DNA from: Bdellovibrionales bacterium | Lineage (GTDB): Bacteria > Bdellovibrionota > Bdellovibrionia > Bdellovibrionales > UBA1609 | Direction of reading: 5' to 3' | NCBI GenBank assembly: GCA_965200875.1 | Contig: OZ241456.1 | Location: forward strand, 1,767,460-1,831,459 | DNA: 64,000 nt | Shown here: in pieces, positions 1 through 9,204 of the stretch | How positions within the stretch are numbered: position 1 is the stretch's first letter | How the letters are laid out: each line of letters begins with the position of its first letter | Notes under the pieces: generated by a model | The model's database searches: none | The model's input: only the letters and a program-made list of their open reading frames with translations | What the model was told of the DNA's origin: nothing | Translations under genes and position numbers: made by a program

Positions 1-1884
1 CTAGTTGGCTTTTTTAAACAGATTCATCAACAACCGTTTTTTATTTTTCACGCTTAAAGAATATAGTTCCAGCTGAGCTTCTTGGAAGGAGGCATCCAGC
101 TGAAATGCTTTTTTGAAATAATCAAAAGCCAATTTTTTTTCTCCTTTCACTTTCAGAAACAAACCTTGCACAAAGTAAAAAAGAGCGGTTTTTGAGCATT
201 CCATACTCACACGACTAAAAAGTTTCAAAATCTCCTCTTTTTCCAATTTTGTTATTTCTTTGCCATCCTTATTTTTTATAATAGCCCAAATATAATATAA
301 AACAGCTTTATTAGGAACGGATCGGCAATTAATAATGGATTTAAAATTATCCAAGGCCTTATCATACTTGGTTTGTTCTATATTTTTCTTTCCCTGCTCG
401 TATAATTTTCTAATGACCACTTCATCAAAATAGGCATTTTTATCTAGGCTTTTCAAGTATTCCTTTTTTTTCGTGGGATCCGACAAAATGTGATATATCT
501 TTGTAATCAAGACAAAACACTGACTACTGACTTCCATCATCTCCTTTGGAGCATTTGGGCCAATTCGATCCGGATGAAAAACTTTTGCAAACTTTCTATA
601 GACCAACTCTATTTTATCCTGAGAGGCATTTAAAGGTAGATTCAGCAATTCAAAATAATTTTTCGTTTTGGATTTTTTAAGAAAGTTCTTATACTTTTCC
701 TGTAAAAAACCATAATTTTCAATAGACACTGTTTTTATGTCCAGATAATTTTTTTTTATTAAAAGACGATAATACATCTCAAACATAATATCCTGTGCAT
801 TCTTCTCCTTTAACAGATCATCGATCCGTTGAGAGGTCTCCAAGGTGTCCAGAAATTTAAACCCTGCCCGACGTAGTAATAGTGCTTTTTTGGAGTTGGG
901 CTGATTTGTTGGTTTGATATACACTGCCTTTAAGTTTTGAAAAAAAACCTCCAACCATTCCACCTGCACTTTGGAACGTATCCAGTTATCCACTAAAGAC
1001 AAAAGATGTTTTTCCTCCAGCTGAGTCGTCTGATTAAATACCTGAGAAGGTATAAAATGCTCGCAACGTACTATGGTCAAGTTATGATCCATAGCTTTAA
1101 ACAATCTGATAGTCATTTGCTCCCTTAATATTTTGTGTAGCTGATGCGGGCTTAAATAACACTTAGATACCAAGTACTCCCCTAAAGAGCCATCTTGCTT
1201 TTCTTTAAGAACTTTTTGCAATTTCTCTTCTGTGATTAAAAAATTCTTAACAAGCAAAACTCCAAGATAAGATTCCTGATCCACTAAGTTAACAGCACTG
1301 ATATTGCCATTCAGGAATAAAACTGTATCTTTTTTTTTTAATTCAGAGTAACTGATATGCAACACTCCTGTAAATCGAATGGAGCAAAGATAAAAATATA
1401 TAAACATTAACTCATGGCCTTGAATGATATATTCATTATCTTCCAAAAAGTTTTTCTTGTTTTTTTCCCAAGTATTCAAATAAAAAAATTTGATATTTTC
1501 CAAAACATTCAAAGAGAGCTTGAAAGTGCTTTTTATCTTTTTCTTGATCATCTGGGCATTTATGGGTTTTTTTAAAAACTCATCAATATGGGGGATTACA
1601 TCTCTATGAATAACATCCTTACCCAACACTCCAGACATAACCCATACCTTACAGCTAACAGGCAGTAAGCTTTTGGAAACAATTTGTCTTAAAAAACTAA
1701 TCCCATTCATCTTTGGAAGAATAACATCCACTATCAAAAGATCATAATGTGCTAAAGAAATTAATTGTTCTGCCTGCTGAGCAGAAGAGCTGATGGTTAC
1801 ATGTAAATCTTTTTCAACAAAAATGTTTTTTAGACTTTCCGCAAGATTTTTGTCATCTTCAATAATTAAAATTTTTTTACTCAT
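1..1884 (-). CDS. Response-regulator receiver + DnaJ (J-domain) + TPR protein
   Basis: N-terminal KKILIIEDD...LLIVDVILP receiver motifs; NYFELLNL...KVFHPDR J-domain with HPD; C-terminal TPR-like helices. Confidence 0.85.
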   Translation of the reverse strand: MSKKILIIEDDKNLAESLKNIFVEKDLHVTISSSAQQAEQLISLAHYDLLIVDVILPKMNGISFLRQIVSKSLLPVSCKVWVMSGVLGKDVIHRDVIPHIDEFLKKPINAQMIKKKIKSTFKLSLNVLENIKFFYLNTWEKNKKNFLEDNEYIIQGHELMFIYFYLCSIRFTGVLHISYSELKKKDTVLFLNGNISAVNLVDQESYLGVLLVKNFLITEEKLQKVLKEKQDGSLGEYLVSKCYLSPHQLHKILREQMTIRLFKAMDHNLTIVRCEHFIPSQVFNQTTQLEEKHLLSLVDNWIRSKVQVEWLEVFFQNLKAVYIKPTNQPNSKKALLLRRAGFKFLDTLETSQRIDDLLKEKNAQDIMFEMYYRLLIKKNYLDIKTVSIENYGFLQEKYKNFLKKSKTKNYFELLNLPLNASQDKIELVYRKFAKVFHPDRIGPNAPKEMMEVSSQCFVLITKIYHILSDPTKKKEYLKSLDKNAYFDEVVIRKLYEQGKKNIEQTKYDKALDNFKSIINCRSVPNKAVLYYIWAIIKNKDGKEITKLEKEEILKLFSRVSMECSKTALFYFVQGLFLKVKGEKKLAFDYFKKAFQLDASFQEAQLELYSLSVKNKKRLLMNLFKKAN

Positions 1885-2174
1885 AACTTTTTTAAGGTAG
1901 TGTTATATTCTTATATTCTCTAAAGCAATGATGCCTATCACACCCTACCTATCGCGCAAAATAGGTATATAAGTCCTGTGACACTTGATTTTTCGGCTTA
2001 TTTTATCTTAATATTGAAAATAATTTAGCCGAGTCGGAAAAATGTGGAGATCTGCCATTTAAAAACTGAGGATCTTTAAAAGTCATTTGGAGTAGCTTTT
2101 CGTATCATTATAAATATGGCCGGAAGTTTAAGCTTTATTTTATGGAGGGCTTTTAGGAGCATTTTCGATTTAAT

Positions 2175-3359
2175 TTGGAAAATATTAAGCCAGAAGGTAC
2201 AAAACACGGAATGAAAATACAATTTCAGCTTTTTACTGTTTTTTTAAAATACTGGATTTACCGGAAAAACCTCCTTGCAGTGGCTGTTTTTCATCTGCTG
2301 ACACTAATCAGTGCGGTTCAGGCCAGAGAGGATAACCTAGTTCTCCCCCTTTCCCGTGGAGGAAGCCACATATTTTTCACAGAAATAAATACCGGTTACT
2401 ATTATACGGAAAGCAATTACACAAACTTCAACAAGTCTCAATCCTTACAACAAGTCTTAGGTCTTAACAATAACAGCTCTGCCCCATTTTTTCATTATAT
2501 AAATATGGACTTTGGTCTGGGATACGCTTTTACGGATTGGTTCGAGATAGAAGCTTTTTCCAGCGGTTTTGGATTTGCACAAAGTGGAAGTGGAAATGGA
2601 AAAGATCTTCGTTTCTCAGGACCTCAAATAAACAGAGTGGGGATGGCCTTCCGCAGTCAACAGGATGTGGAAGGAGTTTTTGGCTTTATACCGGAATTTA
2701 GTTTTTCCATTCCTCTTGTGGAAAAACAGAACCTCAATAAACCTGTTACAGATGATGGAAGTATGTATTTCACTCCATCTATTTGGCTACATGGGATTAT
2801 TGGAGGAGTATTTTATCCTTTTATTTACACGGGCTTTAAGTGGCGTTCTAAATCCATATCCTCTCTCCTTCAATGGAAAGCAGGGGTTATGCTGAAAGGG
2901 GAAATGGCGGAGTTAGGAATAAACTCTTATGGTTTTTGGTCTGTTATTCGGGATAAATCCTCTCCTTCTCGCGGGGATCATGTTAATTTACTCAAAACCA
3001 CCAACGCCGGCAGTTTGAAATTTCTTTCCACAAATCCTGGTCTTATTGGATTTATGGGCTGGATAGCATGGCACTTTCCTTATGTAACTTTAAGGCTTCA
3101 TGGGGATTTTGATATCACCGGCACTCAATATTCTAAAGGTTACTCCTTTCTGGCTTCACTAATCATGGAAATAGGTTCAAAAGAGGAAAAAGTAAAAGGT
3201 ATCTTTAGTGATAAACCGGATTTTGAGCCTCAAATCATGGAAAATGAACAAGCCGTACAAGACATTTTTGAAAATGCAAAAGAAGACAACCGGTTGGAAG
3301 AGGAGACAGAAACACTCCTGAAAGAAACAGAACACGCAGAAGAAGAAAGAATGGAGTGA
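2175..3359 (+). CDS. Hypothetical secreted/outer-membrane protein (start may be ATG 2211)
   Basis: Signal-like segment ending AVQA; alternating aromatic/Gly beta-strand pattern; acidic C-tail. Confidence 0.55.
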   Translation: MENIKPEGTKHGMKIQFQLFTVFLKYWIYRKNLLAVAVFHLLTLISAVQAREDNLVLPLSRGGSHIFFTEINTGYYYTESNYTNFNKSQSLQQVLGLNNNSSAPFFHYINMDFGLGYAFTDWFEIEAFSSGFGFAQSGSGNGKDLRFSGPQINRVGMAFRSQQDVEGVFGFIPEFSFSIPLVEKQNLNKPVTDDGSMYFTPSIWLHGIIGGVFYPFIYTGFKWRSKSISSLLQWKAGVMLKGEMAELGINSYGFWSVIRDKSSPSRGDHVNLLKTTNAGSLKFLSTNPGLIGFMGWIAWHFPYVTLRLHGDFDITGTQYSKGYSFLASLIMEIGSKEEKVKGIFSDKPDFEPQIMENEQAVQDIFENAKEDNRLEEETETLLKETEHAEEERME

Positions 3360-3462
3360 CTAATATCGAAAAAAACCGCTTCTTTTTTACTTACGATCTT
3401 CATCCATTAAAAAAATATAACACATATTTAAAGTTCCTTCCGGCCTTAACCGATAAAAAAAT

Positions 3463-4608
3463 ATGGTAAAAAAACATCAATCTTTTATTTTATTTGCTTT
3501 TGGTCTTTTGCTGGGCGCGCTTTTTTACGGGCTTGCAAGCCATTTGTCCTTTTCTGCCAAAACGGGATACATCAAAAACTCTAGGAATATCGCATTTTGG
3601 AGAGGTATAACATACATAAGAGATTGTCCTCAACTCAATAACCTTAAAACTATAGACAATAATACCTTTATAAATTGCACAATTACGACAGAGAAACAAG
3701 ACCACGGAGTAAGATACAAAATTAAATCTAGGCTAAGGATAACAAAAAGCGAGGATAAAAAACTGAATATCTCTGTAACAAGCTCCATCAAAAATGACAC
3801 AGAACATGTCACAGAAGCGGATTACTGTTCAAATTGCTCAGAAAATATTGTTTTTGATATCAGCGAAGAGACAGATATTAACAACATTTCCAATGCTTTA
3901 AACAACCAAATTCTTAGTATTTTAAATCAGGAAGAGGATCGTATCGAAGAAGCTGTGGAAGAAGCTTACGACACTCATCAGAGAAAAGAAGAACTGGAAG
4001 AAAAAATCGCCAACTGTGAAATCAGCAAAAGATCTACCACAAGTTATGAAAGAAAAATCACACCTGAAGAACAAGTAGAGTGTAGAACAAATCAGCTGGA
4101 AGATATCACAAATCCCATAGCCAGAACCCGTTTTTTCCATTCAACAGTAAAAAAAGATTTATGGGACTTGATGGGACAAGAAGATCCTTTGGAACGATCT
4201 TTTTTTCTTTCCGACTACATGCAGGAATTAAACAACCCCGGACTTTTTACTCATGACTATTTTTCTATCCGCTCTGCCATAGACACCATGGAAAAGTACA
4301 GTGATTTAAGACGACATATAGAATCGTTAGGGGATAGTTATAATCAGTCCATCGCTTTAAACAATATCAAAGCAAATCTTCCTTTGTATTTTTACACAAA
4401 TGAGAAAACCACTGCCGGCAGGCAGGATCGAAGACTTTTAGAGTCCGCTTGGAATAAAAATTTCTCAAGAAACCCTTTTCCGACCTATTACTCCGCTTCC
4501 AGAAGGTCAAATTCCTCTCGAAGAAGCTCCACCAGAGGAGAAGGAATGTCTGCCAACCAATTTAGATCTATTGTAAATTCCCCGGAGTTCAAAAAACTTT
4601 ACCAATAA
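3463..4608 (+). CDS. Hypothetical membrane-anchored/secreted protein
   Basis: 381-aa ORF, N-terminal hydrophobic helix, several Cys, Ser/Arg-rich tail. Confidence 0.6.
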   Translation: MVKKHQSFILFAFGLLLGALFYGLASHLSFSAKTGYIKNSRNIAFWRGITYIRDCPQLNNLKTIDNNTFINCTITTEKQDHGVRYKIKSRLRITKSEDKKLNISVTSSIKNDTEHVTEADYCSNCSENIVFDISEETDINNISNALNNQILSILNQEEDRIEEAVEEAYDTHQRKEELEEKIANCEISKRSTTSYERKITPEEQVECRTNQLEDITNPIARTRFFHSTVKKDLWDLMGQEDPLERSFFLSDYMQELNNPGLFTHDYFSIRSAIDTMEKYSDLRRHIESLGDSYNQSIALNNIKANLPLYFYTNEKTTAGRQDRRLLESAWNKNFSRNPFPTYYSASRRSNSSRRSSTRGEGMSANQFRSIVNSPEFKKLYQ

Positions 4609-4673
4609 GCCCAGCCGCCATTAATAACTCAAATGCTTTTCAGAGATGAAAAAAATTAAGTTTCCTTGATGCC

Positions 4674-5909
4674 CTAAAAGGTAATGGCGACTTGACTTAT
4701 TGCTCCAATATGCCAGTGATCCTCCGTTGGAAATATAATGCCCATACTTGTATTCCAAACTACACCTTCTGCCAGATGATATTTTAATTCCAGTTCTGTA
4801 TGATAAAGCGAAACTCCCATATCAGGATAAGAAAGATGTATGGAAAAAACCGGCTTCAAACTTAAAGAATCCAAAATAGAAAAAGAAACAGAGGGTGAGA
4901 TATACATGGAAGAATGAATGGAATATTGCAGATATTCTGATAAATACTCAGGTTTTGTGGATTTTAGATCTTCATATTCTGAAATCAAACTAAAAAGCAA
5001 AGAGGAAAAAGAAGGATCAAAGTAAAAAACTTTTTTATCCGGATTAGAAGTGGATATCCCTGTATTCAGCTCCACACCCAGCCACTTTAAAGGAGTTTGC
5101 CAAGCCACTTCCAGTGCTCCTCCATAGACTTCTTCAGAAAGAGTACTCCCCGCTTCCAGTCGCAAAACTAACGGATTCATTTTATAATAGCCATACACAC
5201 CAAAATAAGAGGGGGACTCCACGGGAGTGGACTCATTCACCATATTCTGTGGAGCTGTTTTGTACATAGCCTCTACTCCATATTCATCTTTTGTAAAACC
5301 TAGCTGAATAAAAAAATTAAAGGCCATCTTCCCTATATAATGAACCATAGGCTGTATATAATAAGAAGAACCGATAAAACCCCGCCAAGAAACAAAACCA
5401 GAACTTCCCTCTTTATTATAGACTGGGCTAAAGATTACGGAACTGTCATTATAGTACATACCTAAACCGAAATGATGAGGCTTCCACCCTGTTTGAAACA
5501 GGCCAAAATCATGAGCGATTTCCAGATATAAATCTCTGACGGAAAGCAAGGGGATGGAAAAATCGGCTGTCTCTCCAAAACCAAAAAGCCGACCTTCTTG
5601 CGCCAGAAATTTTTTACGCAAAGAACCTTCAGAAGAATTGCCAAGAGGGACTAATTGAAACCAGGATCGAACACGAACATTATCAAAAGCTTTAATATCC
5701 GGTTTAAGACGCAAATTATGAAACATCTCACTGGAACCCCACTGCTCAAAGTCCCCTTTTTGCAAAATATTCCACTCCAGCTCATAAGAACCAGACCAAT
5801 CTAAAACGAGAGCCTGAACAGAAAGAACTGAAAAACCTGCAAAAAAAATCACACTAAAGCAAAGTATCCGCAAAGTTTTTATGACTCTCATAATACTAAG
5901 AACCTCCAC
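4674..5909 (-). CDS. Putative outer-membrane beta-barrel protein
   Basis: Signal peptide (…SVQA-LVLDWSGSY), amphipathic beta-strands, C-terminal Phe (…AITF). Confidence 0.7.
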   Translation of the reverse strand: MEVLSIMRVIKTLRILCFSVIFFAGFSVLSVQALVLDWSGSYELEWNILQKGDFEQWGSSEMFHNLRLKPDIKAFDNVRVRSWFQLVPLGNSSEGSLRKKFLAQEGRLFGFGETADFSIPLLSVRDLYLEIAHDFGLFQTGWKPHHFGLGMYYNDSSVIFSPVYNKEGSSGFVSWRGFIGSSYYIQPMVHYIGKMAFNFFIQLGFTKDEYGVEAMYKTAPQNMVNESTPVESPSYFGVYGYYKMNPLVLRLEAGSTLSEEVYGGALEVAWQTPLKWLGVELNTGISTSNPDKKVFYFDPSFSSLLFSLISEYEDLKSTKPEYLSEYLQYSIHSSMYISPSVSFSILDSLSLKPVFSIHLSYPDMGVSLYHTELELKYHLAEGVVWNTSMGIIFPTEDHWHIGAISQVAITF

Positions 5910-6070
5910 TGTTTATTTCCTAGAACCGGACCAGGAACCACTCTTGAATTTTTTAGGTGTTTTTAATGAAAACCCGACTAAATTAAAAACACTTTTTGCC
6001 CAAGGTCAATAAAAAAATATATTGCCATACATTACCATATATAAAAACCAAAAAAAAGATTAAAGGTTTT

Positions 6071-6355
6071 TTAGGAACGGGTTGCTGTCAAGTGACTGCG
6101 GGAAAGCTCTTCTTCATAATAACGGGCATACAACACTTCCCATTCCACACTGTTTTCTGAAACATTTCTTTTGAGGGAGGTAATTTTCTGGCGTGCTTTT
6201 TGTTCAATCCGATCATGCTCTTGAATAAAATGAGATAAAGCTCTTGCGGTGGCTCGCATCACTTTATCTTTATCTCTGTAGCAAACAAGCTTTTTCCGCA
6301 AAAGCCCTTCCACTATCATATAAGTCCAATTGGACTTTCTTTCAGGAGATAACAT
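6071..6355 (-). CDS. DUF507 family protein
   Basis: ARQKITSLKRNVSENSVEWEVLYARYYEEEL resembles DUF507; tandem with a paralogue. Confidence 0.75.
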   Translation of the reverse strand: MLSPERKSNWTYMIVEGLLRKKLVCYRDKDKVMRATARALSHFIQEHDRIEQKARQKITSLKRNVSENSVEWEVLYARYYEEELSRSHLTATRS

Positions 6356-6382
6356 TCAAACCTCTTTAAAAACACAAAAAAA

Positions 6383-6661
6383 CTATAAGATAATTCCGTT
6401 TTTTTTAGCTATTTTTTTCTTTAACAAAGGATACATTTTATATCTGTCAAATTGTCCGGCATGTGTTTTTTCCAAATCATCCAACATTTGAGATACTTCT
6501 TTTTCCAGAGCCTTTTCTTTATTCAAATCCTCTGAAAGAATAAGATGAATACTCTCAGCCACTTTTTGTTCATCAGCTTTCCATTCTACCAAATCATTTT
6601 TTTTCCATTCCTCAAAAATGAGATGAATCAAGTAACGGGAAAGGCCGGAAGTCCATTGCAT
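6383..6661 (-). CDS. DUF507 family protein
   Basis: LEKEVSQMLDDLE...FDRYKMYPLLKKKIAKKNGIIL resembles DUF507. Confidence 0.75.
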   Translation of the reverse strand: MQWTSGLSRYLIHLIFEEWKKNDLVEWKADEQKVAESIHLILSEDLNKEKALEKEVSQMLDDLEKTHAGQFDRYKMYPLLKKKIAKKNGIIL

Positions 6662-6773
6662 AATTTACGCTCCTGTTCTACTGTTAGAGAATATCGAAAT
6701 ATCCAGCTACTGTCACCCACAAAATATAACTTTGCCGGTTGTCATAAACCCTCTGCTGAAGTATTTTAATCAG

Positions 6774-9116
6774 ATGAGAAAAAAAACTGTTTTAATTGTT
6801 TGCGCTTTTTTTATATTCTTGTTGTGTTTGGTATTATCTCTGCTTGTACTGCGCCTCAATACCCGCATTAATAACAGCTTGAAAACCACTTGGTTTCCAC
6901 CATCTGTAAGATACTACACCGCCCCGGAAAAAATCACATCAGGAAACAACTTATCCACTAGGGAACTGAAGGATAAGTTAAAGCAAAGACATTATAAATT
7001 TTCCCAAGAAATTTCGTACCTCGATTCTGGCTATTTTCTCTCTCAAACCGGTAAAAATTGTCCTGATTTTTTTCCGACCGCAAAATTTTCTGAAACTACA
7101 GATGAAAATGACAAACCAGCGAATAATAATAACAGCAAATCCCTATCTGAATCACATACACTCACCATACCTTTGCCTTCTTTGGATCAGTTTAAAGAAT
7201 GCTTATTTTGGAAGGAGAAATACACAAATACCCTTTTTACCGCAGTCTTCGTAAATAACAGACTTTACTCTCTGCAAAAAGAGAACCAGCCAGTGAGTTC
7301 CATTTATCTCGAACCGGTTTTGTTTGCAGAATACGAAAATGGAGAACCTGTGTTAAGGCAAACTCAACCTTTGGAAACTTTCCCGTTTAATTGCCGACAA
7401 GCTGTCCTCTCTGCGGAGGATCACCAGTTTATCCTGCATGAAGGTATCAGTATAAAGGCTATTATAAGGGCTATATGGAGTAATATTCGAAAACTTCGTC
7501 TAGCAGAAGGAGGAAGCACCATCACACAACAATTAGTAAAAAACCTTTTCTTTAGTCAGAAAAAAAGTTTTTGGAGAAAGTTTCAGGAGCAAATCACAGC
7601 GTTGCTTTTGGAAATCAAACTCAGTAAAAAAAGCCCTAGAGATAAAATTTTTGAAAATATAAAAAACCCTAAAGATAAAATTTTAACGGCTTACCTGAAT
7701 ATAATCTATATGGGACAAAGTGGTTCTTTTCGCATTTATGGATTTGGTTCAGCGGCGGAATATTATATAGGAAAACCTTTGTCGGATTTGGATTTAAGTG
7801 AATGCGCTCTTTTAGCCGGCATCATAAAATCTCCAGGACGCTATAAACCTTCTAAAAATAACAAAGCCATCCTCTTAAGAAGAAACCATATCCTGAAAGT
7901 AATGTATGAAAAACAAATCATTAACGAAGAGGAGTTAAAAAAAGCCCAATCAAAACCCATCACAAAAAATATCAGCCCGCAAAATCCTCCCGCTTACTTT
8001 ACGGATGCGGTTTATAAACAAATAAAACATCTAAATCTCCCGACTGAAACAGATTTAAAAATATTCACCACTCTCTATCCTGATTTTCAGGCAAAAGCTG
8101 ATCAATCTGTCCGGCACGGCCTTAAATGGCTTGAAAAAAACCGCCTCAAAAAAAACTTAAAAACCTCTCTACAATCCGCTCTCATCAATGTGGATGTTTC
8201 CACAGGAGCTGTAAGGGCTATTACCGGTGGTCGAGATTTCAAAGCCAGCCAGTTTAACCGGGTTATCCAAGCTAAAAGACAAGTCGGTTCTTTAATGAAA
8301 CCTGTAGTGATTCTTTCCGCCCTCATGGAAAACCCAAGCCTTACTCCTCTGTCTTTGGTGGAAGATAAAAAGTTTACTTATAAATACGGAAATCAATCCT
8401 GGAGCCCGAAAAATTACAAAGAAAATTATAAAGGTGCTGTTCCCCTTTATTTGGCTCTTGCCCATTCTCTTAACGCGGGAGTGGCTCGAGTGGGCATTCA
8501 AACTGGCCTTAAACCTCTTGTCCAAACCCTGCAAAAACTGGGAGGGCCTTCTCAGATTTCCGCTCATCCCTCTTTGATTCTGGGAGCTATGGAAAAAAGC
8601 CCTTGGGAAATAGCACAAATATTTTTAACCATCGCCAATATGGGACAATATAGAAAACAACATCTTATACGAAAAGTAACAGATTTATCAGATAATATTT
8701 TATATGAACAAAACCAGGAAACAAGCACATCTATTGTAGACGCAAAAAAAACAGCCGTACTGGTGGGTATGTTAAAAGAGGTTACTCAATCCGGCACAGC
8801 TAAGGGACTTAAAAGTTTTTCCGTCCCCGTGGCTGGAAAAACAGGCACCACCAACGAGGAAAAAGACGCATGGTTTGTGGGCTTCACCCCGGAATCCTTA
8901 ACCGTAGTATGGGTGGGATTCGATGACAACCGCTCCCATTATCTGACAGGAGCTACAGGAGCTTTACCAATTTGGAAAACATTTATGAAAAAAATTCTCC
9001 CGGCTCTTTCCAAAAAAGACTTTGACTGGCCGGAAGGAGTACACTATCAAACTATTTCTCAACAAAAAAAAGACTCTAAGAACAGCCAAGATATTCATCT
9101 GATATTTGAACAATAA
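6774..9116 (+). CDS. mrcB: Class A penicillin-binding protein (PBP1B-like transglycosylase/transpeptidase)
   Basis: EDHQF, GGSTITQQLVKN, RKFQE glycosyltransferase motifs; GSLMKP (SxxK), SLN (SxN), KTGT transpeptidase motifs; N-terminal TM; start refined to ATG 6774. Confidence 0.9.
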   Translation: MRKKTVLIVCAFFIFLLCLVLSLLVLRLNTRINNSLKTTWFPPSVRYYTAPEKITSGNNLSTRELKDKLKQRHYKFSQEISYLDSGYFLSQTGKNCPDFFPTAKFSETTDENDKPANNNNSKSLSESHTLTIPLPSLDQFKECLFWKEKYTNTLFTAVFVNNRLYSLQKENQPVSSIYLEPVLFAEYENGEPVLRQTQPLETFPFNCRQAVLSAEDHQFILHEGISIKAIIRAIWSNIRKLRLAEGGSTITQQLVKNLFFSQKKSFWRKFQEQITALLLEIKLSKKSPRDKIFENIKNPKDKILTAYLNIIYMGQSGSFRIYGFGSAAEYYIGKPLSDLDLSECALLAGIIKSPGRYKPSKNNKAILLRRNHILKVMYEKQIINEEELKKAQSKPITKNISPQNPPAYFTDAVYKQIKHLNLPTETDLKIFTTLYPDFQAKADQSVRHGLKWLEKNRLKKNLKTSLQSALINVDVSTGAVRAITGGRDFKASQFNRVIQAKRQVGSLMKPVVILSALMENPSLTPLSLVEDKKFTYKYGNQSWSPKNYKENYKGAVPLYLALAHSLNAGVARVGIQTGLKPLVQTLQKLGGPSQISAHPSLILGAMEKSPWEIAQIFLTIANMGQYRKQHLIRKVTDLSDNILYEQNQETSTSIVDAKKTAVLVGMLKEVTQSGTAKGLKSFSVPVAGKTGTTNEEKDAWFVGFTPESLTVVWVGFDDNRSHYLTGATGALPIWKTFMKKILPALSKKDFDWPEGVHYQTISQQKKDSKNSQDIHLIFEQ

Positions 9117-9204
9117 ACCATACACTTACAAATGATATTGATTTTGCCGGTTTGACTTTCCAAATTACTAAAGCTACATTTTCTTTTAAGGCTGGGTAAC
9201 AAAA

